Source of the DNA: the human T2T-CHM13v2.0 reference genome, Homo sapiens
Assembly (NCBI RefSeq): GCF_009914755.1
Contig: NC_060931.1
Reading direction: 5' to 3' (one strand)
DNA length: 64,000 bases
Shown: positions 1 to 16,523 of the stretch, one piece after another
How the letters are laid out: each line of letters starts with the position of its first letter
Numbering within the stretch: position 1 is the stretch's first letter
Program-made: the position numbers and the translations under genes
The notes under the pieces: model-generated
Seen by the model: only the letters and a program-made list of their open reading frames with translations
What the model was told of the DNA's origin: nothing
Database searches by the model: none

Positions 1-252
1 CTGCTTTTGTGCAAGTCATGGTCTAGTGTGAGAGACAGATGCGCCAACGAATAATTACAACCCGCTGTAATGAAGGATAGAATAAAGTCATGCGAGCAGG
101 CTGGGAAGACAAGAAGAATGCGACTGACAGCCTAGAGGAATTGGCAACTTCAAAGCCTTTGGATCCTACAAGATGAACAGAGAACAACGTAGCAATTTAG
201 GCGGAAGCTACAGACTGTGTAAGAGGAAGGAGAAATGAAGGATGGCAGAGGA

Positions 253-499
253 GGCCAGCCATGGTGGCTCACGACTGTAATTTCCACACTTTGGGAGGGC
301 GACGCAGGTGGATCACTTTAGGTCAGGAGTTCGAGACCAGCCTGGCCAACACAGTGAAACCCCGTCTGTAGTAAAAATACAAAAATTAGCTGGGTGTGGC
401 GGCACATGCCTATAATCTCAACTACATGGGAGGCTGAAGCAGGAGAATCGCGGGTACCCAGGAGGCAGAGGTGAGACTCCGTCTCAAAAAAAAAAAAAA
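253..499 (+). mobile_element. AluS with internal deletion in right arm
   Basis: Alu dimer with A-tail; TSD ATGGCAGAGGA at 242-252 and 502-512. Confidence 0.93.
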
Positions 500-829
500 G
501 AATGGCAGAGGAAGAAAGGAGGAAGAGAGTGCAGAGAGAACATGGAATGGAGGAAAGCAGGACATGAGGCTGGTCAAATCAGGTTGAACCACAGGTTTGA
601 GTATGTGTTAGGTTCCCAGGGCTGCCATCACAAATTCCCACAGACCTAGTGGCTTAAAACCACACAAGTTCATTATCTGACTGTTCTAGAAGTCAAAGTC
701 TGAAATGGGTTTCATTATCTGGCTTTTCTAGAAGTTGAAGTCTGAAGTGGGTTTCGCTGGATGAAATCAAGGTGTCAGCAGAGCCGCACGCTCCCCGCTA
801 GGCTAGCACCCGTTTCCTTGCCTTTTCTA

Positions 830-941
830 TTAGGCTGGTGCAAAAGTAACTGCATTTTTTGCCATTACCTTTAATGGCAAAAAACTTCGATGGCGATTAC
901 CTTTAACGGCAAAAACCACAGTTACTTTTGCACCAATCTGA
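830..941. mobile_element. MADE1 (Hsmar1-derived MITE) with internal duplication
   Basis: TTAGGCTGGTGCAAAAGTAA ... TTACTTTTGCACCAATCT palindromic TIRs, preceded by TA. Confidence 0.92.
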
Positions 942-1043
942 GAGCTTCCAGAGTGCACCTGAATTTCTTGGCGTACGGCCCCTTCCTCCGCATTCAAAGC
1001 CAGTCATGTTGCATCTTCTCTTTCCTCTGACCTCTGCAGAAGG

Positions 1044-1204
1044 TCGGACATCATACAGCATTATTTACATAAACCTAGATAGTCTAGCCCACTACACGTC
1101 TAGGCTAGATAGTATATGCTATTGCTCCTAGGGTACAAACCTGTACAACGTGTTACTGGACTGAATACTGTAGGCAACTGTAACACAACAGTAAGCATCT
1201 GTGT
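1044..1204 (+). mobile_element. Internal Tigger3a/MER7 fragment without TIRs
   Basis: AAACCTAGAT...TTGCTCCTAGG.TACAAACCTGT...GAATACTGTAGGCAA; near copy of 2444-2598. Confidence 0.85.
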
Positions 1205-1516
1205 CCCTCTGCTTCCATCATCACGTTTCCTTCTCTGACTCTGCTCCTCCTGCCTCGGTCTTAGAAGACTTGTCAAAACACAGTAATATATTCACAGGTT
1301 CTGTTCTGAGAATTAGGACGTGGGAATCTGTGGATGGGGCGGGCATTGTTCTGTCAATCTGCCTAGAGGCTGGATTTTATACAGCAGGCAATAAAGAGCA
1401 GTGAAAGATGTTTATGCAGGAAAGTTATCACGATGGATTGTGATAGGGAACTCTGACAGGAATGCAAAGAACAGCCTGGAGCAGGGGCAGACTGGTTTTA
1501 GGACCCGCTAAAATAC

Positions 1517-2300
<784 letters not shown>

Positions 2301-2372
2301 TTATCCAAGCTTGAAAATAATAAAGAATTCACTAGGGAACCCATCAGGTCCAGATGCCATTGTAGGAAGACA

Positions 2373-3107
2373 CAGACATGCATCACTTAACATTGGGGAC
2401 ACATCCTGAGAAATGTGTCATTAGGGGATTTTGTGGTCATGCAAATATCATAGTCTACTTACAGAAACCTAGATGGCCTAGCCCACTACACATGTGGGCT
2501 AGACGGTATATGTTATTGCTCCTAGGTTACAAACCTGTTCAACATGCTACTGGATTGAATACTGTAGGCAATTGTAGCACAGTGGTAAGCATCTATGTAT
2601 CTCAATATATCTAAACATATAAAAGGTTCAGTAAAAATATTCTATCAGTCAATGAGTGGATAAAGAAATTGTCTATACTATTCAGCCATAAAAAGGAACA
2701 AAATAGTGGCATTCGCAGCAACCTGGATGGAATTGGAGACCATTATTCTAAGTGAAGCGACTCAGGGATGGAAAATGATACATTGTATCTTCTCACTCGT
2801 AAGTGAAAGCTAAGCTATGAGGATGCAAAGGCATAAGAATAATACAATAAACTGAGGACTTGGGGGAAAGGGTGGGAGGGGGTGAGAGATAAGACTACAC
2901 ATTGGGTACAGTGTACACTGCTCAGGTGATGGGTGCACCAAAATCTCAGAAATCACCACTCAAGAACTTAGTCATCTAACCAAAACCCACCTGTTCCCCA
3001 AAAAATCTATTGAAATAAATAAATACAAAGTATTATAATCTTGCAGAATCACCATTGTTTATGCAGTCCATCCCTAACTAAAATGTCATTCCGCAGTGTA
3101 CAATGGC
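2373..3107 (+). mobile_element. Tigger3a/MER7A DNA transposon split by an L1 3' fragment
   Basis: CAGACATGCATCACTTAAC...CTGAGAAATGTGTCATTAGG 5' end; resumes at TATTATAATCTT near 3030. Confidence 0.85.
2641..3026 (+). mobile_element. L1PB/L1MA 3' end
   Basis: TGGATAAAGAAA...GCTAAGCTATGAGGATGCAAAGGCATAAGAAT...GGGTGCACCAAAATCTCAGAAATCACCAC. Confidence 0.85.
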
Positions 3108-3157
3108 ATCTCTTTGACTGGGTAGATGGCTATGCCATTAACCAAGGCTAAAACTCA

Positions 3158-3785
<628 letters not shown>

Positions 3786-4295
3786 TCTTGCCTTTTATTC
3801 CTCCCCTCTATTCTGTCCTCCACAATTCTCCCTCACTCTTCCACGGTCCCATATGGTTTAGGTTAAGATCAACTCCTCATTCTAATATACAAGACACTTT
3901 ATGGCCTGACCCCTCCCCTTGTCTCCAGCTGTATTCCTTGCCTCTCGTCCCATCCTCAATCCTCAACATGAGCAAGTTCAAGTCACTTTACAGTTCGTCA
4001 TGTGAAGCAGCACATTGCCAAGTGCCTTCATGCATCAGCTCAGACTCACACCACTGCCTGAAGCGTCTGTCTTACAGACACTCCACTCACCTAATATCTG
4101 TGCAGACACACTCATCTTTTGAGCCCTTGCTCCTCTGTGCATTCTTTGATGTCCCTGCCAGATAGAATAACCACTGTCTTCTCCTACCAGTGGACAGGTA
4201 TGGGCTTCCATTATTTAAATTCAGGCACATATTTAAGTGCATAACTTTCCCACAGCTGGAAAATAAGTATTCTGATGTCAATTACAATCTCTCTC

Positions 4296-4588
4296 TTTTT
4301 TTAAGAGACTAGATCTTGCTCTGCCACCCCGGCTGGAGTGCGGTGATGCAAGTAGCTCACTGCAGCCTTGACTTCCTTTGCTCAAGCTATCCTCCTGCTT
4401 CAGCCTCCTGAGTAGCTGGGACTATAGGCAGGTACTAACATTCCTGGCTAATTTTTAAAAAAATTTTTTTAAGGATGGGGTCTCACTATGTTGTCCAGGC
4501 TGCTCTCTAACTCCTGGGCCTCAGGCGATCCTCCCTACTTAGCCTCCCAAAGCACTGGGATTACAGGCATGAGCCACTGTGCCCAGCC
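4296..4588 (-). mobile_element. AluJ
   Basis: Antisense Alu with J-type features. Confidence 0.9.
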
Positions 4589-4754
4589 AAGAACAATACC
4601 TTATTCATCAACCCATTCTTGGTGGCTAACACAGCACTTAACATTTTCTAGCTTCTAAATAAATGTTTGGTGAAGGAATTAATCAGTGGAGAAAGATGAA
4701 AAATAAAATGAAGTCATTAGAAGTTACAAGGTGTCATTATTTAGTCCACGAATT

Positions 4755-5485
4755 GAAAAATGGATAAACAAAATATTGGTATATCTATCCAATGGAATAT
4801 GATTCAGCCATAAAAAGAAATGAGGTACTGATACATGCTACAACATGAAGGAAACTTGAAAACATTACACTCAATGAAAGAATATTTGATATTATTCCAT
4901 TTATATGAAATGTCCAAAATAAGCAAACAGAGAGAGACAGAAAGTAGATTAGTGGCTGCCTAGGGTTGGGAGATATGGCGAGATTGGAGGAGTGAATGCT
5001 AAGGGGTATTAAGTTTCTTTTTCTTTTCTTTTTTTTTTTTAGACAGGGTCTCGCTTTGTCACCCAGGCTCCAGTGGAGCGCAGTGGCGAGATCTCGGCTC
5101 ACTGTGACCTCTGCCTCGTGGACTCAAGCAGTTCTCCTGCCTCAGCCTCCCAGGTAGCTGGGGCTACAGGCGCATACCGCCATGCCTGGGTAACTTTTTG
5201 TATTTTTGCTAGAAATGCGGTTTCGCCATGTTGCCCAGGCTAGTCTCAAACTCCTGAGCTCAAGCAACCCACCCTCTCTGGCCTCCCAAAGTGCTAGAAT
5301 TACAGGCATGAGCCACCGCTCCTGGCCTTCAGTTTCTTTATGGAGCAACAAAAATGTTCTAAAAGTGATTACCCTGATGGACACACAGCTACGGGATTGT
5401 ACAAAAAGTCATGGAATTTCATACATTAAGTGGGTGAATTGTATAGTATGTGAACAGCTCAATCAAGCTGTTACCAAAAAAGAAA
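4755..5485 (+). mobile_element. L1MB-type 3' fragment split by an antisense Alu (5013-5326)
   Basis: ATGGATAAACAAA...GCCATAAAAAGAAATGAGGTACTGATACATGC...GTAGATTAGTGGCTGCC...CAAGCTGTT. Confidence 0.82.
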
Positions 5486-6087
5486 AAGATGTCATATGTA
5501 GATTCAAATATAATTCTTTAACGAAGAAAAAGAAAGATCTAGAGAAGCACACTGGGAGATAGGCCCAACTGATGGTGGACATTTATCCAAGGCAGCAGGG
5601 AGAAATCGGAATGCAAATACGTGTTCACATATATTAAGTTCTTTTTATGTGCTTGCCACTATATCAAACACCTTACCTATGTAATTATTTCATCCTCATG
5701 AGTTAGATATTTTTATTCCTGATGAGAAAACTGGGTCATTTGCCCAGCAGCCCACAGTTAGTATCATGAAACCAGCACTTGAACCCAAGACAACTAGCTC
5801 CAAAATCCACACTCTTGACCTTGGCTTTGCTTATGAACTTGGAGGGTACATTAAGATTTTCCTTTTTTGTTTCTTTAAATGAGGGATAGTCTGAAAAACT
5901 CTCTAGAGAAATGAGTTTATTTTCTTTAAGAATGGATGCACTTAAAACTATGAAATTTTACCTCTGGGTAATTTTGAGTGAGTTTGGCCAGAAGTCATTT
6001 GGATTGCCCTAATTTCTTATTGCTTAATTTGTTTTCCTATATTTAATTTCCTGTTGTTTGATTTTCATTGTCAAATGGAAGGTTTGC

Positions 6088-6407
6088 TTTTTTTTTTTTT
6101 TTTTTTTTTTGAGACAGAGTCTCACTCTGTCACCCAGACTGGAGTGCAGTGGCACGATCTCAGCTCACTGCAATCTCTGGCTCACTGCAACCTCCGCCTC
6201 CCAGGTTCAAGTGATTCTTCTGCCTCAGCCTTCTGAGTAGCTGGGATTACAGGCGCACACCACCACGCATGGCTAATTTTTGTATTTTTAGTAGAGACGG
6301 GGTTTTGCCATGTTGGTCGGGCTGGTCTCGAACTCCTGACCTCGTGATCCATCTGCCTTGGCCTCCCAAAGCGCTGGGATTACAGGCGTGAGCCACCACA
6401 CCTGGCT
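6088..6407 (-). mobile_element. AluS (Sg-like) with small internal duplication
   Basis: Poly-T plus antisense Alu; GCTCACTGCAA repeated. Confidence 0.92.
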
Positions 6408-6455
6408 GGTTTGCTTCTTTAGGCTGGTGTTACATTATGGCCGAAGAATGTGGCC

Positions 6456-6870
<415 letters not shown>

Positions 6871-7815
6871 CTAATCTAGAATCAGGTTTTGTAAAACTGC
6901 AGAACTCCTGAAAAAAAAAGGTTCATTCCCTCTTTGGAGGGGAAGTGCCTAGCGCTCCCTGATATATTAAATATAAGACTTTCATAAAAGGAAATTCCAA
7001 TTTCTTCTTAAATTATTTTAAAAACAGAATGGCCTTCTCAATAGTTAAATGTTTAATGCAAGCAACATGCTTAGAAGGAAGAGGAGGAAGAATTTGTCTG
7101 AGTAATTCAAAAGGCCAGAAAGAGCTCAGTCATTTGTAATCAGATATTTCAATACTTGCAAGGCTTTTTACTTTGGCATGATGAATGGCCATAAAAAACT
7201 ATACACCTTCATGTAAAAGACGTTGGCTTCCTCTGCTCTTTACATAATCAATTTGACATTTGAATTTTGGCAAAGGATCGCAGGTACCTTGCTTTATTTA
7301 TTACCTGAGATTAGATAAAAACATCACTGTTATCAAGCCATACCAGGCTTCTTCCTAAAATCATGTGCAATTTTTCAAGTAAGGATCACTTTGTCCTGAC
7401 ATCGAACTCTCCCAAACAGGATTTCCAAGTATATTATACATAGAAGCCACATTCTCCTCCCTCCCTCCCTTCTCTTTCCCGTCTGCTATAACCACCCCCC
7501 ACCCTTTAAAATAACCCACTCCCAGCAATTCTACCTTCTACCAACTGTGACATTTATAGCATGGGACCCACCTAAAAAAGAAAAAGGGATTACTAAAGGA
7601 TTCATCATCAAAACTGGGCCAGAAAAGAGAAGCACTCTCAGGCACCAACTGTGTCACTTTGCACACTATATGATCAATACTGAAAGGCAGATGGGTGCCC
7701 TAGGACCACAGGCTTGCTTTCATTTGGGATGGGAAGATTTTTAACACTGGGAAAGGGCTACAGCCAGAGAAAAGCACTGAGGAGGTCATCAAGCTCTCAC
7801 TAATCCCTGTACTTA

Positions 7816-8215
<400 letters not shown>

Positions 8216-8331
8216 GTTCTAATGCCCACTCTCCCAGTTTCCCATGAAAGGCTACAATCCAAAAATACAGAACCTCAGCTCTCTCTCCAAAACTAAGCCA
8301 ATGGTCAAACAGCCTAAATCTAGAAGGAACT

Positions 8332-8762
8332 GGCCAAGCACAGTGGCTCACAACTGTAATCCCAGTGCTTGGCAGGCTGAGCCGGGGGGCATTGCTCGAG
8401 ACCAGGAGTTCGAGACAAGGAGTTCAAGACCAGCTTGGGCAACATAGTGAGACCACATCTCTACAAACAATTAAAAAGTTAGCCACAGTGGTGCCCGTCT
8501 GTAATCCCAGCTATTCAGAAGGCTGAAGCAAAAGAATCACTTGAGCCCAGGAGTTCGAGCCTGGGCAACATAGCAAGAAGCTATCTCTACAAAATATTTA
8601 AAAAATTAGCCAGGCGTAGTGGTGCAAACCTGTAGTCCTAGCTACTTGGGAGGATCGCTGGAGCCCAGGAGGTCAAGATCACAGCTGCAGTGAGCTGTGA
8701 TTGCACCACTATACTCCAGCCTGGGAGACAGAGTCCCAACAAACAAAACAACAACAACAAAA
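8332..8762 (+). mobile_element. Composite/trimeric AluJ
   Basis: Two left-arm-like segments followed by a degenerate right arm. Confidence 0.8.
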
Positions 8763-9114
8763 TCCACAACTGAGCCAACGGTCAAACTATAGCCTAACTC
8801 TAGATGGAATCCCTATACTGCAGCCCAAACTATAAGGCTTGTCCTGGTTCTACCTCATGAAACAATGACGGGCAGCCTGCAAGGTTAGCAGAATTCTCAA
8901 GCGACCTCTACTATGCCCCCTTCAATCTTCAAAGAAGAAATGGACTTTGCAGCTTCTATGGCAGTCTGCAATTCCCCTTATCCTACCGCCTCTCCACTAT
9001 ATCTCACCTTTCTTCATAAATGTTGATGCCCCGACAAATCAACTCAAAAAAAGCCAAATTAATATGAAATTGGGGGGAGTGGAGGGGAGTGGCAATGACA
9101 CATTTTTGAGACAG

Positions 9115-9550
9115 CATGTATGGTGACATGATGGTGAAGAGCCCAGTCTCTCTAGTCAGTCAGCCAGGGGTGAATCCCAGCGTTACCACCTACTAGCTGT
9201 GCAACGATGGGCAAATACCTTAACCTCTCCAAGCCTCCTTCCTCTCTGTGAACTAGAAATGTTAATAGTGCCTACCTCATATTTTAAAACATGTGAAGTC
9301 CTTGGAAGAATGCTTAACCATAGTGAGCACTCAGTTTATTATTTCTAGGTTTCAAGCACCTTACAAATAGTGTCTCGTATTATTTCATTTAATCATCCCA
9401 AAGATGCTTTGAGCTCCACTGTGTGGATGAACAAACTGAGACTTAGAGTAGCTCCATAACTAGCTCAAGGTAATGGAGCTGGTGGGGTGGAGCTGGGGCT
9501 TGAGCTGAGATCTGCCATCAAAGCCCAGGTTCTACCAGTGCACCATGCTA
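9115..9550. mobile_element. Two MIR fragments in opposite orientation
   Basis: AATCCCAGC...TACTAGCTGTG...GGGCAAATACCTTAACCTCTC (+) and AAACTGAGACTTAGAG (-). Confidence 0.65.
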
Positions 9551-9767
9551 TGCCCCTGGGGGATGCGGTCTCCATGAAAAAAAAACACACATGGAGACAA
9601 AGAAAACACCAACCCTGGCAGCAGCAAACAATGATGATGGCTGTTTTTCAAGTGCTCTGTTGGTTTAAAGCAAGGAAGAACCAGACAGTGGGAAAAGAAC
9701 AGGATGTCACATGTCAAAGCTGTAGCTATATTATACACTGGGCTTGTGAATTTGTTTCTCCCTGAGG

Positions 9768-10665
<898 letters not shown>

Positions 10666-10669
10666 CAGT

Positions 10670-11660
10670 AACTGTAGTAAGCAAAAGCCAGCTAGAACCT
10701 GGAACCTAAATTTGGAACATCATACATCAAACTCCCCTCTAGCCTTAGAAGTGGAACTCACCATACATCACCCAAGAGGACAGAAGACGCAGCCTGGAGC
10801 AACCCACACTCCCTATCTGTTGGCAAGAACTACGTCCGGACAGACCTTGCTTTGAAATAAAGCGGGAAACTGACATGGAGATGCGTAAAACCCTTTCAAA
10901 ACCATATCACAAAGTCTCAGTGGGAGGAGCAAGCCTCAAAACAATTCAAGGACACGTGGACTTCATGAAATGTGAGTAAACATCTATAGTGAGAGAGCCT
11001 CCTAAAGGAAAAATGAAATGGAAGGAGATAAAAAGGGATACAAGTAACATAAGATTTGCAAGAAACCAAAAAGCATTTAAATATCCACATGGAGATATTT
11101 ATCAGCAAGACTGATACCGCAGGAAAATCAAATCAGTGATATTAAGAATACACTTGAGAAGTTCTCCAAGAATGTAGAGGAAAAGGATAAAAGAATGAAA
11201 GTAATGAGAATGACAGCTCTGTGAAATCCAATTTTAAAACTCCAATATAAATATAATAAATTTTTCAGAATAGAGTAGAACAAAAACAACAAACTAATGA
11301 AAAAAAGAAATAGAAAACATCTTTTCTTGACCTTTAGAAAAATCATGTTCTATAAAAAGAGATCCTCACATAGACATATCCTGGCAGAATATGTATTGAA
11401 ATGCTGGAAAACTTTAAACCATTGCTGGATCTGAGAAAAGTACTTAGAACTGAATGAAAATCAGACTGACCCTGGCTTTTCCTCTGTGATAGAAAGTTCA
11501 GGAAAACACCAGAATACCATCTACACAGTTGAGGGGAAGGGTTAGAAACCCAAGGAGTAAACCAGAGACTTTGAAAACACACTTGTGTAGTCTGACATCT
11601 GTGAAAATAACATGCTTGGCTGTTTTTGCTTTGAGAGTACATATCACCAATAAGCAGCTT
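10670..11660 (+). mobile_element. Highly degraded ancient L1M/HAL1-like sequence (ORF1 region)
   Basis: A-rich purine-biased strand with AAAATCAGACTGAC-like motif. Confidence 0.4.
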
Positions 11661-11679
11661 AAGAAAAATATCACCTTAG

Positions 11680-12270
11680 TTCCACCATTATAGAAGACAG
11701 TGTGGCGATTCCTCAAGGATCTAGAACCAGAAATACTATTTTACCCAGCATACCCAAAGGGTTATAAATCATTCTACTATAAAGACACATGCACACATGT
11801 TTATTGCAGCACTATTTACAATAGCAAAGACTTGGAACCAACCCAAATGCCCATCGATGATAAACTGGATAAAGAAAATGTGGCACATATACACCATGGA
11901 ATACTATGCAGCCATAAAAAAGAATGAGTTCGTGTCTTTTGCAGGGACATGGATAAAACTGGAAACCATCCTTCTCAGCCAACTAACACAGGAACAGAAA
12001 ACCAAATACCACATGTTCTCACTCATAAGTGGGAGCTGAACAATGAGAACACATGGACACAGGGAGGGGAACACCACACACCAGGGCCTGTCGGGGGGTG
12101 AGGGCAAGGGGAGGGAGAGCATTAGGACAAATACCTAATGCATGCGGGGCTTAAAATCTAGATCATGGGTTGATGAGTGCAGCAAACCACCATGGCATAT
12201 GTATACCTATGTAACAAACCTGCACATTCTGCACATGTATCCCAGAACTTAAAGTAAAATAAAAAATTAA
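11680..12270 (+). mobile_element. L1PA7/8-like 3' fragment
   Basis: ORF2 end [42 protein letters not shown] plus 3'UTR; TSD-like ATCACCTTA on both sides. Confidence 0.9.
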
Positions 12271-12864
12271 AAAATCACCTTAAATTTACGCGAAACAATG
12301 AGTAGGTCATAGGTCATGCTATTTGTGGGTTTTCCTTGAAAAATTTAGTTCCCAAACTCCGGCAGGTTTGGGGTGGGCTAAGGACTGCCAGGATGTTTCT
12401 GGGGACCTGCAATACTTCCCTTGATAACTCCCCTTCTCCCTGGTTTCTGCCAACTTCCAGAAACCAGAAACCATGCTCCCTGGATCACATCCTGACTACT
12501 ACAGTCCACACCAAGTTTTCCAACCAGTTAAAACAATCCCTGGTGCTTCTCTATTTCACTCTAATTAGCAAGGGCTAAATTATGTACACTGCTGGATGCT
12601 GTACGAAAATTAATACAAAGAGCTTTATTCCTCCTTCCCAAACAGGGCAACATCATTTAAAAGGTGTCTTTGTTGCCAAGTAATTTGAGGTCTGAATTTT
12701 CTGTTTATTGTTTAATAACATTTTTTTTTCTAAGTGCAAAAGTCATACTAGCCCAATGCAGAAGATATACAAAAGCCAGGGGGTAAAATATACCCATTAT
12801 CCCAATTACTAAAGAAAAACATTGTTACCTTTCATAATGTTCTTGCAGCATTTCCCATGCATAG

Positions 12865-13202
<338 letters not shown>

Positions 13203-13439
13203 AAAGCCAAGAGGACTCTTTTTTAATGTTAATTGTATTCAACTATACACAGTTCGTTGTTGCCTTTGTTCATAATGTATCAAATTTCCATGTGAAAAAA
13301 AATCTCCAACAATATTATTTTCAATGACCATATTGCATTCCAGTCCATGAATAATTGACTCATGATTAACACAACCAACCCGATCATTGAATTTTTTAAC
13401 ATTATAAAAACTATACTACACATTATACAATATACTATG

Positions 13440-13680
13440 TAATGTGGCAATTAAAAACTTAGTTCACGAGGTAAAATTTCCTGAGATCAAATCACTTTTC
13501 CACCATTTATTAGTCATGCAATGTTGGGCAAATTAAACAATCTGTGCCTGTTTCCTCATGAGCATAATGGGAATCACAACAGTACTTAACTCACAGAGCT
13601 GTGTGGATTAAATGAATTATACATGTAAAGACTTTAGAACAATCCCTGCAACATGGTAAACAGCATATATTTAGCTTGTT
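13440..13680 (+). mobile_element. MIR
   Basis: TTGGGCAAATT...TCTGTGCCTGTTTCCTCAT...GGATTAAATGA...CTTAGAACA. Confidence 0.65.
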
Positions 13681-14459
13681 TCCAGTTCTTTGCTACAGTG
13701 TAGAATGAGCATCCTTCTACATGTAGTTTTTTAAACTAATACAGTTATTTTAAATATAAAATTCTTAAAAATGAAATTGCTGGGTCCCAAGGCAATTCAC
13801 GTTTTTAAACTGCTGTACACATATTGTCTAAATTCCATACCAAAAAATTCTACAATTTTATAATCCCAACAATAAAGAATGAAAATGTCCATTTTCACAC
13901 AGCATTGCCAACAATGGATATCTACTTTTTCTGTCCAACCCTGCTAAAATAGTGGATAGAAATTGACATTTTGTTGCTTTATTTTCAATTTCTATTACTA
14001 AAAGTTGGGGATTCTTCTCTGTAGGCTTATTGATCAATTTGATTTTTTTTTCATTTTGTGCAAAACCTGTTCACATTCTTTCCTCAGTTTTTTTGTTTTT
14101 ATTTTTGCTTTTCTTTTGTTTTGTTTTTGAGATAGAGTCTTGCTCTGTCACCCAGGTTGGAGTGCAGTAGTGTGATCTCAGCTCACCGCAACCTCCGCCT
14201 CCCAGGCTCAAGCATCTTCTGCCTCAGCCTCCCTAGTAGCTGGGATTACAGGCATGTACCACCACACCTGGCTAATTTTTTGTATTTTTAGTAGAGACAG
14301 GGTTTCACCATGTTAACCAGGCTGGTCTCTAACTCCTGACCTCAAGTTGATCCACCCACCTTGGCCTTTCAAACTGCTGGGATTACAGGCATGAGCCACC
14401 ACACCCAGCCTTTCCCCAATTTTTGTCAGAAGTATTTTTCTCCTGATTGCAAAAAAAAA

Positions 14460-14494
<35 letters not shown>

Positions 14495-15135
14495 TTCAGG
14501 AGAAACATTTATAATATATATTGGAAATATCTTATCTCAATTTGTCAGGCTGGTTTATAACGTTTTCCTTTTTTAATGCTTTAAGTTTTGTAACATCAAA
14601 TTTATCAATTTTTCCTTTATACCTTATGACTTTGGGGTTAAACTTGAAAAAGCATTCCCAAATTCAAGTTTATATGTATTTAACCTACAGTGCAATCTCT
14701 AACAGCTGTGATTTCATATTTTATATTTAACTCTTTAATCCAAATTCAATTAATTGTATGCTTTAGCATAAGGAAAGAACCCAACAATTATCTTCCCAAA
14801 TATTAATACACTTCCCCAATCATGTTTACTGAATCCTTTTCTCGCTGATTTTGGACTTTTGCCATATACTAGCCAAATAAACTCAAATATATCACCAGCT
14901 TCTCCACTGTGCTTTACTGGTCTCCCTGCTTTCATAGCAGCACCACTTTTCATTATTAGAGTTTTTAAAGTGAATCCTCAATATCTGGAAGATCAAGGGC
15001 TCACTCACCATTTTGTTTTTGTTTTTTGAATAACGTAATGGGCTCTTCACAGCCATTTATTCTTCAGACGAATTTTAGAAACATTTTGTCACATTCCCCA
15101 AAAAATGTTCAGTAGGAATTTTGTTATTGTTATAT
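13680..15135 (-). mobile_element. Ancient L1ME/L1MC fragment containing AluS (14087-14410, minus) and (TA)n (14451-14494)
   Basis: TTTCCAGTTCTTTGCTA...GAAATTGCTGGGTC...AATTTTAGAA antisense L1 motifs. Confidence 0.65.
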
Positions 15136-16374
15136 TTGAAATGCAGCATCTGTCATTGGATTTGTTTTGGCCTCTTCTTCGAAAATATAAATGGTCCCTC
15201 TGTTGGATCTTTGCTGTCTGTTCTCTGTACTTATGACGTCTCAAATAACTTTTAGTTTCTTGTCCTCATCCTATACATTCTAGAGCTTCTCTCAAACTCC
15301 TCTTCTTTTGACTGCATAGATTCGCTGTAATATTACTTCTGCCTCTTACTGCTTCTAATACTATATGTGACTTGCAATTGCATGATTTGCTTCTACTCTT
15401 TGAAATTTTGCCAAATTAATTTTCATCTTAGTCAGTGCCTTATCCTACAAGCTTATCTTTTTTTGTATTTTGCTCTTGTTTTAGAGTCTGTTTCCCTTTA
15501 TTGTGTTTATTCTTTTATTTATTTCTTTTCTTGTTTCATTGCCTAAAATCCCTTAAGACTAGAACAGATGCAGGCTAAAATTTGTTTTTGTTTTCAAAGA
15601 AAAAAAAATCTGTTTTTAACTATGCCCTTTCTTTACTTCTTGAAGAATATGTTTATCTCCTTTCACATTGCAGATTTGTTTATATATCCCATATTGAAGA
15701 TATGGTTTTTCCTGCTTATTCAGCCTTTAATAAGAATGGATTTATCCTTTGATGAGATTCATCCCACCTGGCCACCTGGAAGCTGGGACAGCTGCAACAT
15801 GGGAATCTCATTGAATGAGGTAGGTCCCTGTATTTTTATAAGAACCAAAGACTAGTAATCTTCCCAAATATAGACATTATCTGTCACTGAGCTCCTCTAT
15901 CTTTGCTGTAAAGCTGTTGAAACAGTCTCTATATCATCTCTAACATCAATATCAATGATAAAATATCAACTATTACAATTTGCCAGAAAGAAAAAGATGC
16001 TAATGAACTACTCAAAATGTTGGTAAAATCTGCATTTCATGACATGACTAGCAAGGGCTCATTTGAGCTGGTCTTTCTACATTTACGCATCCTCCCACTC
16101 TCTCCCCGATTCACTAGGCTCCAACCACTCCGGCCCTCTGTCTCTTTGTCGGCGGGAGGGAAGAACTTATTCTTATCTTGAGTTTTGGGTTGAAGGGAGT
16201 GCTCTGCCCCTGGATCTTCCCATGGCAAATGACTTCTTGTTTTTCAAGTCTCCCTTCAAATGTCCCTCCCTTGAACACCCTCATTGGCCAACTCCTATGC
16301 GGTTCCCAACCTGCCAGCCTGTTTTATTTTCTTGAGAGCACTTACAAGTAGCTAAATTCAGCCAGTTTGTTTAT

Positions 16375-16523
16375 TTAGTAGTAGTAGTAGTAGTAGTAGT
16401 AATATTTGAGACAGAGTCTCGCTCTGTCACCGAGGCTGGAGTGCAGTGGTGCAATCTCGGCTCACTGCAAGATCCGCCTCCTGGTAGTGCTGGGATTACA
16501 GGCATGAGCCACTGCACCCATCC
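16375..16523 (-). mobile_element. Internally deleted Alu with (AGT)n tail
   Basis: Right-arm end fused directly to AGTGCTGGGATTACAGG of the 5' end. Confidence 0.85.

Larger units (their letters stand above)
604..1362 (-). mobile_element. MLT1-family MaLR LTR, interrupted by MADE1 and a Tigger3a fragment
   Basis: TGTGTTAGGTTCCCAGGGCTGCCATCACAAAT...GTGGCTTAAAAC...GAAATCAAGGTGTCAGCAG...TTCACAGGTTC...ATTAGGACGTGG motifs; internal ~42-bp tandem duplication at 669-752. Confidence 0.8.
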
